Positions 63,201 through 64,000 of a stretch of 64,000 nt of DNA are shown one piece after another. Numbering within the stretch: the stretch's first letter is position 1; the number at the start of each line of letters is the position of its first letter. The translations under genes and the position numbers were made by a program. The notes under the pieces were generated by a model, which was given only the letters and a program-made list of their open reading frames with translations, was not told the DNA's origin and searched no databases. Source of the stretch: Oopsacas minuta (taxonomy: Eukaryota > Animalia > Porifera); assembly GCA_024704765.1 (NCBI GenBank), contig JAKMXF010000222.1, forward strand, positions 1,054,001 through 1,118,000. Direction: 5' to 3'.

Positions 63201-63395
63201 CCAAGCGACCTAGTTGCTCGCAAAGACCCAGATAGCAAAACAACAAAATTACCTATCCATCTATCAAGAAAATATCATTCTCGCATGAACGAAAAACGGC
63301 AGGTTCGAACGAAGACAGGCAAATCAAAGAAGCCCAAAAGATCTTGCAAATTCCCTTCTAGCGGTAAATATAATAGCGAGACAATATTGTACTGA
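57254..63395 (+). CDS. Ginger1-like (Gypsy-integrase-related) transposase/integrase, predicted exons 57254-57397, 57613-57786, 61504-61815, 62189-62295, 62408-62815, 63083-63395 (485 aa)
   Basis: All five introns are GT-AG with compatible phases (0,0,0,2,2) and the joined frame has no stop. HHCC (HNVTHPG..DVGSH|IRTCHDCQ), GIDL (D), HDQG (D), HPQSNGLVES (E, DD35E), TPFYLMFGR, GPY/F-like EGDEVLVHN..KYLGPYTI. The true 3' end may continue via a donor at 63364. Confidence 0.85.
58141..58281. mobile_element. 141-bp pogo/Tigger-like MITE inside the hAT 5' region (same TIR family as 18517..20280)
   Basis: TA-CAATGTAGTTAGCTTATTAG ... CTAATAAGCGAACTCCACTG-TA. Confidence 0.75.
58673..60991 (+). pseudogene. 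hAT transposase (ZMYM1-like: TTF zinc finger, DUF4371-type core, hATC), 772 codons with one premature TAG at 58919..58921
   Basis: ORFs 58673..58921 and 59138..60991 share a frame with no other stop between them; WIEYSKELDAIFCQLC, LADEVKD, QGYDGASVMSG, CASHRLNL, TRWSSR, VERMFSSVKRIKTRLRSQM. Confidence 0.92.
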
Positions 63396-63523
63396 ACTAT
63401 AACTAATTGACTCAGCCCATGATTAAGTACATATAAACTAGTTGTGTTCTGTATTGATTCGATTAATACGTAATAGCAATCCTACATTTCACATATTTAT
63501 TTATACTTCGATTCTTTGGATGA

Positions 63524-64000
63524 TATATTGAACCTGGATACCATGGAAGAAACTTTGAAACACCGCAACAACACTCAATCTATGAAAATATCGACTCTGA
63601 GCTACTTCAATTGAAACCTCGAATACTATCAGCTCTTGTCAATAACACATACTTAACCCAACTACATGAGAAACTCGCTACAAAAGCTGCATCTCTAACT
63701 TCATTGAATTTACTATATTCTTACCATCCACCCAACGAACTAAATTTTGAGATTAAGGAGAAGCTTGCTGTATCAGCCGGTAAATGGTAAACAGAATATC
63801 GTTCCTCCTATCCTACTGAAATACCTGAAGAGACACGAAGAGATCTTGACTATCCAATTGCTGTTCTATTACCAGTAATAATTGAGTTAATATTCCCAAC
63901 TGAGCAAGTTCATGAGATCATTGAAATACCAGAACAATCTATACAAAATGCATCAGATCTTATCCCATATCCTAAATGGGGAGGAGAGTATAACAACATC
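63524..64000 (+). pseudogene. Probable further Ginger exon(s), running off the window end
   Basis: Frame open from 63524 to 64000 except TAA at 63788..63790 (IYENIDSELLQLKPRIL...PYPKWGGEYNNI); no clean AG acceptor seen upstream (TTCTTTGG at ~63519). Confidence 0.45.

Noticed and set aside
61627-63395. LTR retrotransposon pol gene (integrase fragments)
   Set aside because: No RT, RNase H, protease or LTRs; the fragments are separated by canonical introns and start from their own ATG, which fits Ginger rather than Gypsy.

Overview
AT-rich eukaryotic (probably invertebrate animal) genomic DNA; a sponge or other non-bilaterian is my unverified guess. It contains one clear host gene: a single-ORF Nup98-Nup96 precursor (28898..33559, minus, 1553 aa) with GLEBS motif, autoprotease domain, HF|S cleavage site and Nup96. 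Its N-terminus has no GLFG and only four FG dipeptides. The rest is a dense, nested set of mostly decayed cut-and-paste DNA transposons: seven full-length IS630-Tc1-mariner copies, all different families (DD34D x2, DD34/35E x2, DD37D, DD37E x2); hAT elements, including a young 3.2-kb copy with a perfect 8-bp TSD and a single nonsense codon; two Kolobok relics; a Chapaev3-like relic; several Mutator/MULE elements; and MITEs. I recognised no reverse transcriptase. Three structures are hidden from the ORF track. (1) A reconstructable ~5-kb NOF/FB-like MULE between long inverted repeats (5475..14730), apparently encoding a hydrophobic leader ending in a 2A/StopGo-like motif (GGIEINPG|P), then a DDE transposase and an OTU deubiquitinase domain. 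(2) A six-exon Ginger1-like integrase gene (57254..63395) whose GT-AG spliced frame (HHCC, DD35E, GPY/F) is uninterrupted, with a hAT in intron 2. (3) A TSD-flanked FLYWCH-MULE with a C-terminal RING finger (45147..47142). All alignments were done by eye; no database searches were run.
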